A program made the position numbers and the translations under genes. From contig DXEH01000014.1 in the NCBI GenBank assembly GCA_019115065.1, positions 10,683-74,682 on the forward strand: 64,000 nt of DNA, read 5' to 3'. The notes under the pieces are model-generated. The model worked only from the letters and a program-made list of their open reading frames with translations. It did no database searches and had not been told where the DNA came from. Positions 27,349-35,580 of this stretch are shown in pieces (the first letter of the stretch is position 1; every line of letters starts with the position of its first letter). The stretch comes from Candidatus Akkermansia intestinavium (GTDB lineage: Bacteria; Verrucomicrobiota; Verrucomicrobiia; Verrucomicrobiales; Akkermansiaceae).

Positions 27349-28686
27349 ATGAACAACGACCTCATGACCACCTTCGCCTCGCCGCTCAGCGATGCCGCTC
27401 CCTGCGGCGAGAACCTCGAATACGACGCCCGCATGATCGAGCTCGACGAGCAGTATGCCGGCGAGCCCGAGCACATGATGGGAGACTCCGTCATCCCCGC
27501 AACCCCGCCCGACTGGCGCAAGCTCGAAAAAGCCGCCGCCGGCCTCATGAAAGAGACCCGAGACCTGCGCATCGCCGTCATCTGGACCGTGGCGCGCTTG
27601 GCCAACGGCGGGCTGAGCGGGCTGCGCGACGGTCTCGAGCTCATCGACGCGCTCAGCGAGCAGATGTGGGAGACACTCTGGCCCATTCCCGACGACGGCG
27701 ATGTGCAGGAGCGCCTCAGCACGCTGATGCGTCTCTCCCCCATGCCGGGCAGCTTCGACGCCGACACCACGGTGTTGCGCCTGCTGCTTGCCACCCCGCT
27801 GACCGCCTCGCCGGCCCTCGGCTCCTACAGCCTCGACGACATCCGCCAAGCTGCGGAAGGCAGCGACGCCGATCGCACCATCCGCGCCGCCCTGCGCGAC
27901 ACCCCGGCAGAGAAGATCCGCGAACAGCTCGAGCACCTCGACGCCATCCTCGGGCTGCTGCACCACATCCGCGACGTCTATACCGAGCACGCCATGGGAA
28001 CGCCGGACTTCCGCATGCTCACCGACAGGCTCAAGGAGATGCAGCTCTTCCTGCTCTCCGCGGCACCGGCCTCCGAAGCGCCCGCGCCTGATGCTACAGC
28101 GACAGACACAGCCTCCGCCGCAGCGGGAAGCCCCGCGGGTGCCGCCACCTCAGCCGCAGCAACCGCTTCAGCCCCCGCCGGTGGGGCGGGACTCCCCGGC
28201 AGCAGCGCCGCAAGCGGTGCCAACGGCCCCGGCTCCGCCGCCTCTCCGGCCTCCGTCGCCGGCGCCCAGCCGACGGCAGGTGCAGCGGGAGCAGCTGCGA
28301 ACCTCGGCGCCCTCCCGGTGCTGCCGGTCGGCTGCGATGCGCGCAGCGGGCGCGAGCAGGCCGTGCGGCTCATGGAGCAACTCTGCGTCTGGTTTGAAGA
28401 GAACGAACCCTCCAGCCCCGTCCCCTACTTCCTGCGCCGCGCCATCCGCAGCGTGGGCGCCAACTTCATGGAGCTGATGACCGATATCGCCCCGCAGAGC
28501 CGAGACCAGCTGCAAACCGTCCTCAAGCCCGGCAGCTCGGCCAGCGTCAGCAGCAGCTCGGGCACCCCGTCAGGCGTCGCGCCCGGCAGCGCCCAAGCTC
28601 AGGCTGCCGCCCCGCTGCCGACAGCCCCCGCCCCGGCCCCCGAACCTCCGGCCGAGGCGGCGGAATTTTTCTCGCCCTTCGGCTGA
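27349..28686 (+). CDS. tssA: T6SS protein TssA (ImpA N-terminal domain family)
   Basis: The N-terminus is ImpA_N-like (SPLSDAAPCGENLEYDARMIELDEQ). It has an Ala/Pro/Ser-rich linker and a conserved C-terminal block (EPSSPVPYFLRRAIR). Confidence 0.8.
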   Translation: MNNDLMTTFASPLSDAAPCGENLEYDARMIELDEQYAGEPEHMMGDSVIPATPPDWRKLEKAAAGLMKETRDLRIAVIWTVARLANGGLSGLRDGLELIDALSEQMWETLWPIPDDGDVQERLSTLMRLSPMPGSFDADTTVLRLLLATPLTASPALGSYSLDDIRQAAEGSDADRTIRAALRDTPAEKIREQLEHLDAILGLLHHIRDVYTEHAMGTPDFRMLTDRLKEMQLFLLSAAPASEAPAPDATATDTASAAAGSPAGAATSAAATASAPAGGAGLPGSSAASGANGPGSAASPASVAGAQPTAGAAGAAANLGALPVLPVGCDARSGREQAVRLMEQLCVWFEENEPSSPVPYFLRRAIRSVGANFMELMTDIAPQSRDQLQTVLKPGSSASVSSSSGTPSGVAPGSAQAQAAAPLPTAPAPAPEPPAEAAEFFSPFG

Positions 28687-28825
28687 AGACAAGGGGGAAG
28701 AGCAGACCTCGCGGAAGGGCTCCCGTTTCCGCAGGCCTCCCCGATGACGCAGCAAGCGGCGATGAGAGCATCTCTCCTGATTGTTACCACTTGACGGAGA
28801 GGGCAACATCGTGTACCCTGAGCTC

Positions 28826-29569
28826 ATGAGAAATGCGTCTCTGATGAGCCTGTTGCTCCTGCCGGCACTGAGCCTGCTTCCCGCCTGCCAGACCCAGCGG
28901 GAAGAGGTGCCGGAGCGGCAGAAGACGGATGAGCCGGCGCCGCTCTACCTCGGCACCGTCAATCAGGTACTCAGCGACCGCGGCTTCGTCATCCTGCGCT
29001 TCATCGGCCCCGTCCCGACATCGGGCGCCACGCTGATCACCCACCCGGCGGACGGCAGCAACACCCGCGTCGGCAACCTCGTGCTCAGCGACGTCTCGCA
29101 AGCTCGGGGCAACTTCGCCACGGCGAGCATCCGCTCGGGCACTGTCGTCGCGGGTGACGCCGTCTACCTCTATCGCGACGTGCTGCGCCATCCCGGCAAA
29201 GAGCAGCAAAGCGGCACCGCGGGCCTCCCCCTGAGCGGCAACACCCTCCCCGGTGCTCTCCCGGGTCTTCCCGGCAGTGGAGCCGGCAGCACCCCCGGCC
29301 TCTCGGGCACGAACTTCCCGGGATACGCCGGCGGCAGCAGTCCCACGACACAGCCCACCGCCCCGAGCATCCCCTCTCTGCAAGACAGCCTGAGCGATCC
29401 CGTCAGCGATGCCCTGAGCGGCACAGCCGGCGGAGCCCCGGCCACTCCGGCCTCTGCCGGAGACGCCCCCGCTGACACTCCCGCACCCACGCCCCGCAAC
29501 AGCCCCGCGAAGGACGAATTCCCCGCTCACCTCAACGACATCCCCGACAACATGAATGACTGGGATTGA
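28826..29569 (+). CDS. Lipoprotein of unknown function with disordered Pro/Gly/Ser tail
   Basis: The internal start MRNASLMSLLLLPALSLLPAC provides a lipobox. It is the last gene of the T6SS block on the same strand. Confidence 0.5.
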   Translation: MRNASLMSLLLLPALSLLPACQTQREEVPERQKTDEPAPLYLGTVNQVLSDRGFVILRFIGPVPTSGATLITHPADGSNTRVGNLVLSDVSQARGNFATASIRSGTVVAGDAVYLYRDVLRHPGKEQQSGTAGLPLSGNTLPGALPGLPGSGAGSTPGLSGTNFPGYAGGSSPTTQPTAPSIPSLQDSLSDPVSDALSGTAGGAPATPASAGDAPADTPAPTPRNSPAKDEFPAHLNDIPDNMNDWD

Positions 29570-29836
29570 TGTGGGCTCATCGCTCATTTCCGGCCATCAC
29601 TGCCCGTTCCCGTCCATTCTCACCCCACCCGTATCGGACACGCTTTTTCACGGCTCGCAACAACTCGATTGCCCCTCGGGCAAGCCTGCAGCCAAGCCAA
29701 CCTGCCGCACCTCTGCCGCATCACGCTCCCTTAACTCCACTTCGCCCCTGCGCACCCCTCCCGCCGCACCCTCCGGCCCATCCTACTTCGACCGACTCAG
29801 GCTGCGCAGGGCGAACGCCACGATTAAACCCTATCC

Positions 29837-30727
29837 ATGAAACTCCAGTATTACACAGACGACGAAGGCGACATCGTCATCGGCCTCTGGGTCCCGAAGC
29901 GCCAGTGCTTCATCGACGTCAGCTCCAACGATGAGCAGATCTGGGCGGCCCTGCTGCCCGACGGCAAAAAACTTCGCAAGGAGATCGAGACTTGGGTCTC
30001 CAAGGGCGCCCCGGACGGCGTTCCCGTTGACCCCGAGGGGCTCGTGCTCACAAGCGCCCTGCCCGTGCAGCCCGTCAACATCGCCTGCCTCGGCAAGAGC
30101 TACGCCGACCACGCCTTGGAGTTCAGCGGCGACGTCCCCTCCGAGCCCTCGCTTTTCCTGAAATCCCCCTCGGCCGTCAGCGCCGATCTGAGCTGCGTCA
30201 TCAACCCCGCCGGCGCAACGAAACTCGACTACGAAGTCGAGCTCGCCGCCGTCATCGGCGACACCCTGCACCGCGCCGATGCGCGCGAAGCGCGGCGCGC
30301 CATCATCGGCTACACCCTCATGTGCGACTACTCGGAGCGCTCCTACCAGCTCGAACACGGCGGCCAATGGACCAAGGGTAAGAGCTGCGACTCCTTCGCC
30401 CCCTTCGGCCCCGTACTCGTCACGCGCGATGAAATCCCGGATCCGGACCACCTGCCGCTCCAGCTGCGCGTCAACGGAGAATTGCGCCAGAACGGCAACA
30501 GCTCCCACCTCATTCGCCCCGTTGCCGAGCTCGTCGCCTACGTCTCCCGCTTCATCACCCTCAACCCCGGCGACGTTGTCTCCACCGGCACCCCCGGCGG
30601 CGTCGGCATGGGCATGACACCGCCCTGCTACCTCCGCGCCGGCGACGTTGTCGAGTTCGGAAGCGACCCCATCGGCTGGGTGCGGCAGACCGTCATCGAC
30701 GAGCAGGACGACGAGGAGGAGGCCTGA
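29837..30727 (+). CDS. Fumarylacetoacetate hydrolase (FAH) family protein
   Basis: 296 aa. Motifs are DYEVELAAVIG, GYTLMCDYSER, KGKSCDSFAPFGP and LNPGDVVSTGTPGGVG. Confidence 0.85.
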   Translation: MKLQYYTDDEGDIVIGLWVPKRQCFIDVSSNDEQIWAALLPDGKKLRKEIETWVSKGAPDGVPVDPEGLVLTSALPVQPVNIACLGKSYADHALEFSGDVPSEPSLFLKSPSAVSADLSCVINPAGATKLDYEVELAAVIGDTLHRADAREARRAIIGYTLMCDYSERSYQLEHGGQWTKGKSCDSFAPFGPVLVTRDEIPDPDHLPLQLRVNGELRQNGNSSHLIRPVAELVAYVSRFITLNPGDVVSTGTPGGVGMGMTPPCYLRAGDVVEFGSDPIGWVRQTVIDEQDDEEEA

Positions 30728-30799
30728 GGGCCGCGGCATACACGCACGGAGAGGAGTGAGCGATAACACCAACAATCCGACGAAAACGGAAAAATGGGA

Positions 30800-30827
30800 T
30801 TGCAATGCGGAGGGCGGATGCTAAAAT
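30800..30827 (+). promoter_or_regulatory. Sigma70-like promoter upstream of the epimerase gene
   Basis: TTGCAA (30800-30805), a 16-nt spacer, then TAAAAT (30822-30827), inside a local AT-rich patch. Confidence 0.4.
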
Positions 30828-30872
30828 AAAAATCATCGATCTCGCCTCATCCCCACCCCGACATATCGCACC

Positions 30873-31907
30873 ATGAACATCCTTGTCACCGGCGGCGCGG
30901 GCTTCATCGGCTTCCACGTCGCCAAGCGCCTTCTCTCCGACGGGCACCGCGTCACGATTCTCGACAACCTGAGCAACTTCAACTCGCGGGAGCTCAAGCT
31001 CGCGCGCCTTGCGGAGCTCGGCATCGACACCGCCCGCATCTCCCCCGGCATCCATCTCCAAGGCCCCGGAGACCTCGTCTTCATCCAACAGGACATCCTC
31101 GACCGGGACGGGCTCAAACAAGTTTGGCAGGCCGGCCCTGTCGACTGCGTCATCCACCTCGCCGCCGTCACGGGGCTCGCCCCCTCGCGCGAGCAACCTG
31201 TTTTTTTCGCCGAAAACAACATCCAGGGCACCGTCAACCTGCTGGATGCATCGCGACTCCACGGTGTCCGGCACTTCCTCTTCACCTCCAGCGCCTGCGT
31301 CCACGGCTGCCACGCCCATGCGCCGCAGCGCGAGGAGGACGACGTCGACCGCCCGATGAGCATCTACGCCATGACGAAGCGGGCTGCCGAGCTTGCCTGT
31401 TACTCCTGCGCCTACACCTATAGATTGCCGGTGACGGTCATGCGCATCTTCACCGCCTTTGGCCCTTGGGGCAGGCCCGACTCGCAGCCCATGACCATCG
31501 CGCGCGACATCATCGAGGGCAAGCCCATCAGCATCTGCAACAACGGCTACCTCATCCGCGACTTCACCTACGTCGACGACATCGTCGACGGCGTCGCCAT
31601 CGCCCTCACCAACCCGCCGATCGCCTCCCGCTGCAACGCAGCCTACGCGCTCTACAACGTCGGCCGCGGCAAACCCATTCCGTACAGAACCTTCATTCAG
31701 GCCATCGAGACCGCCCTCGGCAAGGGGGCCACCATCGTCGAAGACCCCGCCTCGCCCGAGCTTCAGGGTGAGAGCATCGAGAGCTACGCCGATACCTCGC
31801 GTCTCGAGGCCAATCTTGCTTACTCCCCGGTCTGGGACTATGAAGAATCCGTCCCCCTGTTCGTCGACTGGTTTCGGCAACATTACAATAAAACCTTCCG
31901 CTACTGA
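30873..31907 (+). CDS. NAD-dependent nucleotide-sugar epimerase/dehydratase (SDR family)
   Basis: 344 aa with the Rossmann motif MNILVTGGAGFIGFHV and the catalytic YAMTK motif. Confidence 0.85.
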   Translation: MNILVTGGAGFIGFHVAKRLLSDGHRVTILDNLSNFNSRELKLARLAELGIDTARISPGIHLQGPGDLVFIQQDILDRDGLKQVWQAGPVDCVIHLAAVTGLAPSREQPVFFAENNIQGTVNLLDASRLHGVRHFLFTSSACVHGCHAHAPQREEDDVDRPMSIYAMTKRAAELACYSCAYTYRLPVTVMRIFTAFGPWGRPDSQPMTIARDIIEGKPISICNNGYLIRDFTYVDDIVDGVAIALTNPPIASRCNAAYALYNVGRGKPIPYRTFIQAIETALGKGATIVEDPASPELQGESIESYADTSRLEANLAYSPVWDYEESVPLFVDWFRQHYNKTFRY

Positions 31908-31918
31908 CCCCATCTTCC

Positions 31919-31949
31919 GGGCAGGGAGGCTCACATCCCCTCCCTGCCC
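31919..31949 (+). terminator. 11-bp perfect GC hairpin between the epimerase gene and pyrD
   Basis: GGGCAGGGAGG (31919-31929) pairs with CCTCCCTGCCC (31939-31949) around a 9-nt loop. There is no T-run. Confidence 0.35.
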
Positions 31950-31960
31950 ACCCTCCCTCC

Positions 31961-32995
31961 GTGAATCCGATCCTCTACAGCCTCGCCAAACGATTCCTCT
32001 TCTGCATGTCGCCGGAAACGGCGCACGAGTTCACCCTGTCCGCCCTCCGCACGGCCGACAAGCTGCACCTCTGCTCCCTCATCGGGGGGCGGCGAGTCAG
32101 CGACCCCGTCACCGTGATGGGCCTGAACTTCCCGAACCGCGTCGGCCTTGCCGCCGGCATGGACAAACAGGCCAACACCTTCCCCGCCTTCGGCCATCTC
32201 GGCTTCGGCTTTGTGGAAGTCGGCACCCTCACCCCGCGTCCGCAGCCCGGCAACCCCAAGCCCCGTTGCTTCCGCTGCATCCCGCAGCAGGCCATCATCA
32301 ACCACATGGGCATCAACAACCCCGGCATCGAGGTCGGCGTGGCCAATATCCGCGCGGCGAAGGGTTTTAGCGGCGTGCTGGGCATCAACATCAGCAAAAA
32401 CGAATCCACACCCAACGACGAGGCCCGCATGGATTATCTCACCTGCCTGCGTGAGGCGTGGCCCGTGGCGGACTACATCACCATCAACTTCTCCTGCCCG
32501 AACGTCCCGCACCTCTGCGAGCTGGCGCGGGCCGACTCCGCCGCCGACCTGCTCGCGGCCCTCAAGAGCGAACAGGCCAACCTCAGCAGCGAAACCGGGC
32601 GGCACGTGCCCATCGTCATGAAGGTCTCGCCCGACATGAGCGAGAGCCAGATTCGTGAACTCTCGGGCGTCTTTCTCGACTGCCAGCTCGACGGCCTCAT
32701 CTGCACCAACACCACCACGAGCCGCGAAGGCGTCGAGGGCCATCCCGCTGCCGCCCAAAAGGGAGGTCTCTCAGGCAAGCCTCTGTACAACAAGGCCAAC
32801 GAGACGCTGGAGGCCTTTGCAAGCCACCTCAAGGGTCGCATCCCCATCATCGGGGTCGGCGGCATCATGAGCGCTGACGATGCCGAGGCCAAGATTCGCG
32901 CCGGGGCCTCGCTCGTGCAGCTCTACAGCGGCTTCATCTTCAAGGGCCCGCAGCTCATTCGCGACTGCGCCGTCCGCCTGAGGGACATGAGATAA
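31961..32995 (+). CDS. pyrD: Dihydroorotate dehydrogenase (quinone), class 2
   Basis: 344 aa. Motifs are GLNFPNRVGLAAGMDK, FGFVEVGTLTPRPQPGNPKPR, INISKN and a C-terminal GVGGI...GASLVQLYSGF. Confidence 0.9.
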   Translation: MNPILYSLAKRFLFCMSPETAHEFTLSALRTADKLHLCSLIGGRRVSDPVTVMGLNFPNRVGLAAGMDKQANTFPAFGHLGFGFVEVGTLTPRPQPGNPKPRCFRCIPQQAIINHMGINNPGIEVGVANIRAAKGFSGVLGINISKNESTPNDEARMDYLTCLREAWPVADYITINFSCPNVPHLCELARADSAADLLAALKSEQANLSSETGRHVPIVMKVSPDMSESQIRELSGVFLDCQLDGLICTNTTTSREGVEGHPAAAQKGGLSGKPLYNKANETLEAFASHLKGRIPIIGVGGIMSADDAEAKIRAGASLVQLYSGFIFKGPQLIRDCAVRLRDMR

Positions 32996-33193
32996 ACGCC
33001 CCTTCAGGGCTCCCGGCACCGGCCGGGTGCTGAGTCAGCCTCCTGATGAGAGGAAGAAGGGGTGAGAAAGCTTGAGAATGGGTTATATTGCCTGATTAGT
33101 AAGCGATTGTGACGTTTAGAGCTAAAGAGGCGGTTTTGGGAAAGATACAAGCAGGCACCGCAAAAGCCGCAGATAAATGAGAAACGTGGGTAC

Positions 33194-33220
33194 AAAAAAA
33201 GCCACTCTCTGAGGAGTGGC
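33194..33220 (-). terminator. Rho-independent terminator of the leftward early operon
   Basis: On the minus strand the GCCACTC/GAGTGGC stem (6-nt loop) is followed by T7. It lies 23 nt after the GemA-like stop. Confidence 0.55.
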
Positions 33221-33242
33221 TTATGTTGGTCCGGAAGGGATG

Positions 33243-33803
33243 TCAGGCAAGTCGGTCGCCGCGCCATGCGGCGAGTCTCGGAGGTGGCATGGTTGATGCC
33301 GACTTGTGGATTTCGGCCGGTATGGGTAGGTTAAATTGGCGGGAGATTTTGGCAGTCTTGGCCCTTCCCCGGGCTTCCAAGGTGTAGATGAGCTGGCGGA
33401 GTTCTTCCTCATTGAGGCGGATGAGGGCGGATTCCAGGCTCTGCCCCTGCCGGATGATGACTCCAAATCGTTTGGAGGTGATCGCCGAGATATACCCGGT
33501 GTTCAGCTCCCAGTGATGAGCGCGGTCTCGGATGGTTTCGATGAGGGCTTCTTTCCGGGTTCTGGGTGTGTGATCTTCACGCGGTGGCAGGCCGAGGATG
33601 GCGCGCAGCGCGTTGCAAAGGGGCACGAAGTGGAGTTGATTAAGGGAGCGCCAAGAGGAGATGCCATTGCAGTGCTCGGCTGTTAACTCATGCCGCCATG
33701 TGTCGTATGCTTCGAGAGGATAGCCTACCGACACTAGGTGCCGGTAGGCTTTGGTGGAGAGCTGGCCGAGAACGGCCAGCTGCTTTTTGGAGAGGGGTTT
33801 CAT
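33243..33803 (-). CDS. GemA/Mu gp16-like (DUF1018-like) protein
   Basis: 186 aa and the last gene of the early operon after gam, matching the position of gemA in Mu. Sequence similarity was judged by eye only. Confidence 0.4.
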   Translation of the reverse strand: MKPLSKKQLAVLGQLSTKAYRHLVSVGYPLEAYDTWRHELTAEHCNGISSWRSLNQLHFVPLCNALRAILGLPPREDHTPRTRKEALIETIRDRAHHWELNTGYISAITSKRFGVIIRQGQSLESALIRLNEEELRQLIYTLEARGRAKTAKISRQFNLPIPAEIHKSASTMPPPRLAAWRGDRLA

Positions 33804-34306
33804 GGTTTTGTATCCTTGGGGGTGACGCAGAACTTGCTCTCCGTGATGAGTGTAAGACCATAATCGAGTAGTTCGTCGGCGGTGAGACCGGCGCCCAGGA
33901 TGGCAGCCTTGTTGAGCTCGGGGGCTCGGTTACGCAGCCACTCGGTGCGATCCTCTTTTAAGAGGAGAGCCACGGCGTCGGCTTCCGTCATCCCGTTGGC
34001 GGCTGTGATTTTTGGCTTGCCCATGCGCAGGGTGAAGGTAGCGTTGGCGCTTTCTCCGTGCTTTTTCCCCGGCAGGATGAGTCGAGACTGAACCTTCTCG
34101 TCGGCGAAGTAAGACTTGAGAGCCGACATTCTCGCGTCGTATTCCGCCTTGAGATCGGCGAGTGCGGGAGTAAGTTCGGAGCGCACGGCCTGAAGGCGGG
34201 CGTCGAGCTCTGATTCTTTGGCCTTGATGACGGGCTGCATCTGGGCTACTTCGTCGACCATCCGGAGGAAGGCGGCGTCGGACTTGATTGTGTATGTTGC
34301 TTTCAT
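33800..34306 (-). CDS. gam: Mu Gam-like host-nuclease inhibitor
   Basis: The internal start at 34306 gives MKATYTIKSDAAFLRMVDEVAQMQ.... It has a coiled-coil N-terminus followed by ...ATFTLRMGKPKI...AVALLLKEDRTEWLRNRAPELNKAAIL, typical of Phage_Mu_Gam. Confidence 0.75.
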   Translation of the reverse strand: MKATYTIKSDAAFLRMVDEVAQMQPVIKAKESELDARLQAVRSELTPALADLKAEYDARMSALKSYFADEKVQSRLILPGKKHGESANATFTLRMGKPKITAANGMTEADAVALLLKEDRTEWLRNRAPELNKAAILGAGLTADELLDYGLTLITESKFCVTPKDTKP

Positions 34307-34322
34307 GTTCTTTGTTGTGGGG

Positions 34323-34628
34323 TTAAGAAAAGAGATTGGGGATTTCTGGCGTGTCCATCTGCGAGGTTTCTCGCTCTTCCTTGCGGTCGAGTAGTTCGAG
34401 GAGCCGCCGCCGCACGCCGAATGTCGAGAAGTTTTGATTGAGCCAGCGCAGCAGGCCGGCTGCATCGCAGGTGACGGAGCGCAGAGTGCCGTATTTCGAG
34501 CTGCGGTATTGAATGTCGACTTCCCGGGCATTCGATGTCGGAAACGCACTGAGCTTGTATGATTGCCAGCCCAGCTTCCGGAAGATATCATTGAGGCTGG
34601 CAGCAGCCATGACGGATTTTGCATTCAT
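34323..34628 (-). CDS. Hypothetical phage early protein
   Basis: A 101-aa ORF packed tightly between the MuB-like gene and gam on the same strand. Confidence 0.45.
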   Translation of the reverse strand: MNAKSVMAAASLNDIFRKLGWQSYKLSAFPTSNAREVDIQYRSSKYGTLRSVTCDAAGLLRWLNQNFSTFGVRRRLLELLDRKEERETSQMDTPEIPNLFS

Positions 34629-34630
34629 GA

Positions 34631-35575
34631 TTATTCAGGGCGTCGAGCCATGCGGGATGCGGCGTCGATGAAGTCTGGCCAGGTGAGTTGACGTGCCTCC
34701 TGCTGGGCGACGCTTGCGGCGAGCTTGAGGCGGTGGATGAACTGCCCGAAGCAGGAACGGCGAGCCAGTGCACCGATCTGCCTCTGCGTATCGGAGTCCG
34801 GCTCCGGGAGGCCGTACGCCTCCCACACCGCGCGAATGTCGCGGTTTGTGGGCCACTCCGGCAGGATCTCCCATTCCCCGCGGCGTTCGAGCTGCGCAAG
34901 GCGTCCCGCATATGTGCCCTTGACAACGTCCTGCGCTCCCACGTCGGTGAGCACCAACATGAGCCCGCAACCGGAGCGGTCAAAGATCTCGCGGAGTGCG
35001 TCAAGCGCATCCACGCCCTGCCGCCTCGTGAGGGCGATATGCACCTCATCTGCAATAATCAGGTGGCGGGCGCAAACGTGCTCGCGGAGCAGAGAGAGCC
35101 CCTCCGAGAGCGTGCGAGCCTTGGGCAGACCTGCCGCCTCAAGCAGCTCGCACACCATGGAAGACACCGTGGGCATCGTTGGCATTCTGAAGAAGATTGT
35201 GGTCTCGGGGTAACGCATCTTGTATGCCTCGCAGGCCGTCGTCTTGCCGATTTGCGACTTACCCGCGAGCAGCATGCACAGGTGCGCGATCTTGGCGGAG
35301 TCTGCGGCCCGCCACACGCGCTGCATCATCTCCGTGGGGATGTGGGCAAGATCGACGCCGTCCACGCGCACAATGGCGGAGATGCGCTTGCGCTGCTCAT
35401 CGAGCTTGGCCAGCTGGTTGTCGGCGTTTCCGGCGTAGTTGCCCTCGAGCAAGGCGTTGAGCACCTTGTGCGAGATACCGAGTTCATCGGAGGCGCGGGT
35501 CTTGGTCATGCCCGGCTGCTCGATGTACTCCTTGAGCCAAATTCTGGCGGGATGGTTGAGTTGAGTGTTGTTCAT
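34631..35575 (-). CDS. MuB-like transposition ATPase (AAA+, N-terminal HTH)
   Basis: 314 aa with an HTH (MTKTRASDELGISHKVLNALLEG), Walker A (AGKSQIGKTT) and Walker B (HLIIADEVH). It is directly downstream of the transposase gene. Confidence 0.8.
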   Translation of the reverse strand: MNNTQLNHPARIWLKEYIEQPGMTKTRASDELGISHKVLNALLEGNYAGNADNQLAKLDEQRKRISAIVRVDGVDLAHIPTEMMQRVWRAADSAKIAHLCMLLAGKSQIGKTTACEAYKMRYPETTIFFRMPTMPTVSSMVCELLEAAGLPKARTLSEGLSLLREHVCARHLIIADEVHIALTRRQGVDALDALREIFDRSGCGLMLVLTDVGAQDVVKGTYAGRLAQLERRGEWEILPEWPTNRDIRAVWEAYGLPEPDSDTQRQIGALARRSCFGQFIHRLKLAASVAQQEARQLTWPDFIDAASRMARRPE

Positions 35576-35580
35576 GGTAA

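Noticed and set aside
28791-28819. A TTGACG-17-TACCCT promoter-like element upstream of the lipoprotein gene at 28826.
   Set aside because: The -10 hexamer is poor, and the element ends only 6 nt before the proposed ATG. It is not reported as a feature.
33040-33130. Mu-type terminal repeats. There is weak inverted similarity between 33070-33115 (cttgagaatgggttatattgcc...gcgattgtgacg) and the reverse complement of about 62580-62615 (cttgaaattcgatctttgcc gcgatacaatgacg).
   Set aside because: The similarity is patchy and could be chance. No clean 5'-TG...CA-3' termini or 5-bp target duplication could be identified by eye, so the phage ends are left unresolved.
34307-34624. Upstream extensions of the Gam ORF (to 34624), the SSB ORF (to 39662) and the repressor ORF (from 39921).
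   Set aside because: The extensions overlap neighbouring genes or control DNA and translate to non-protein-like sequence. The internal starts give family-typical lengths.
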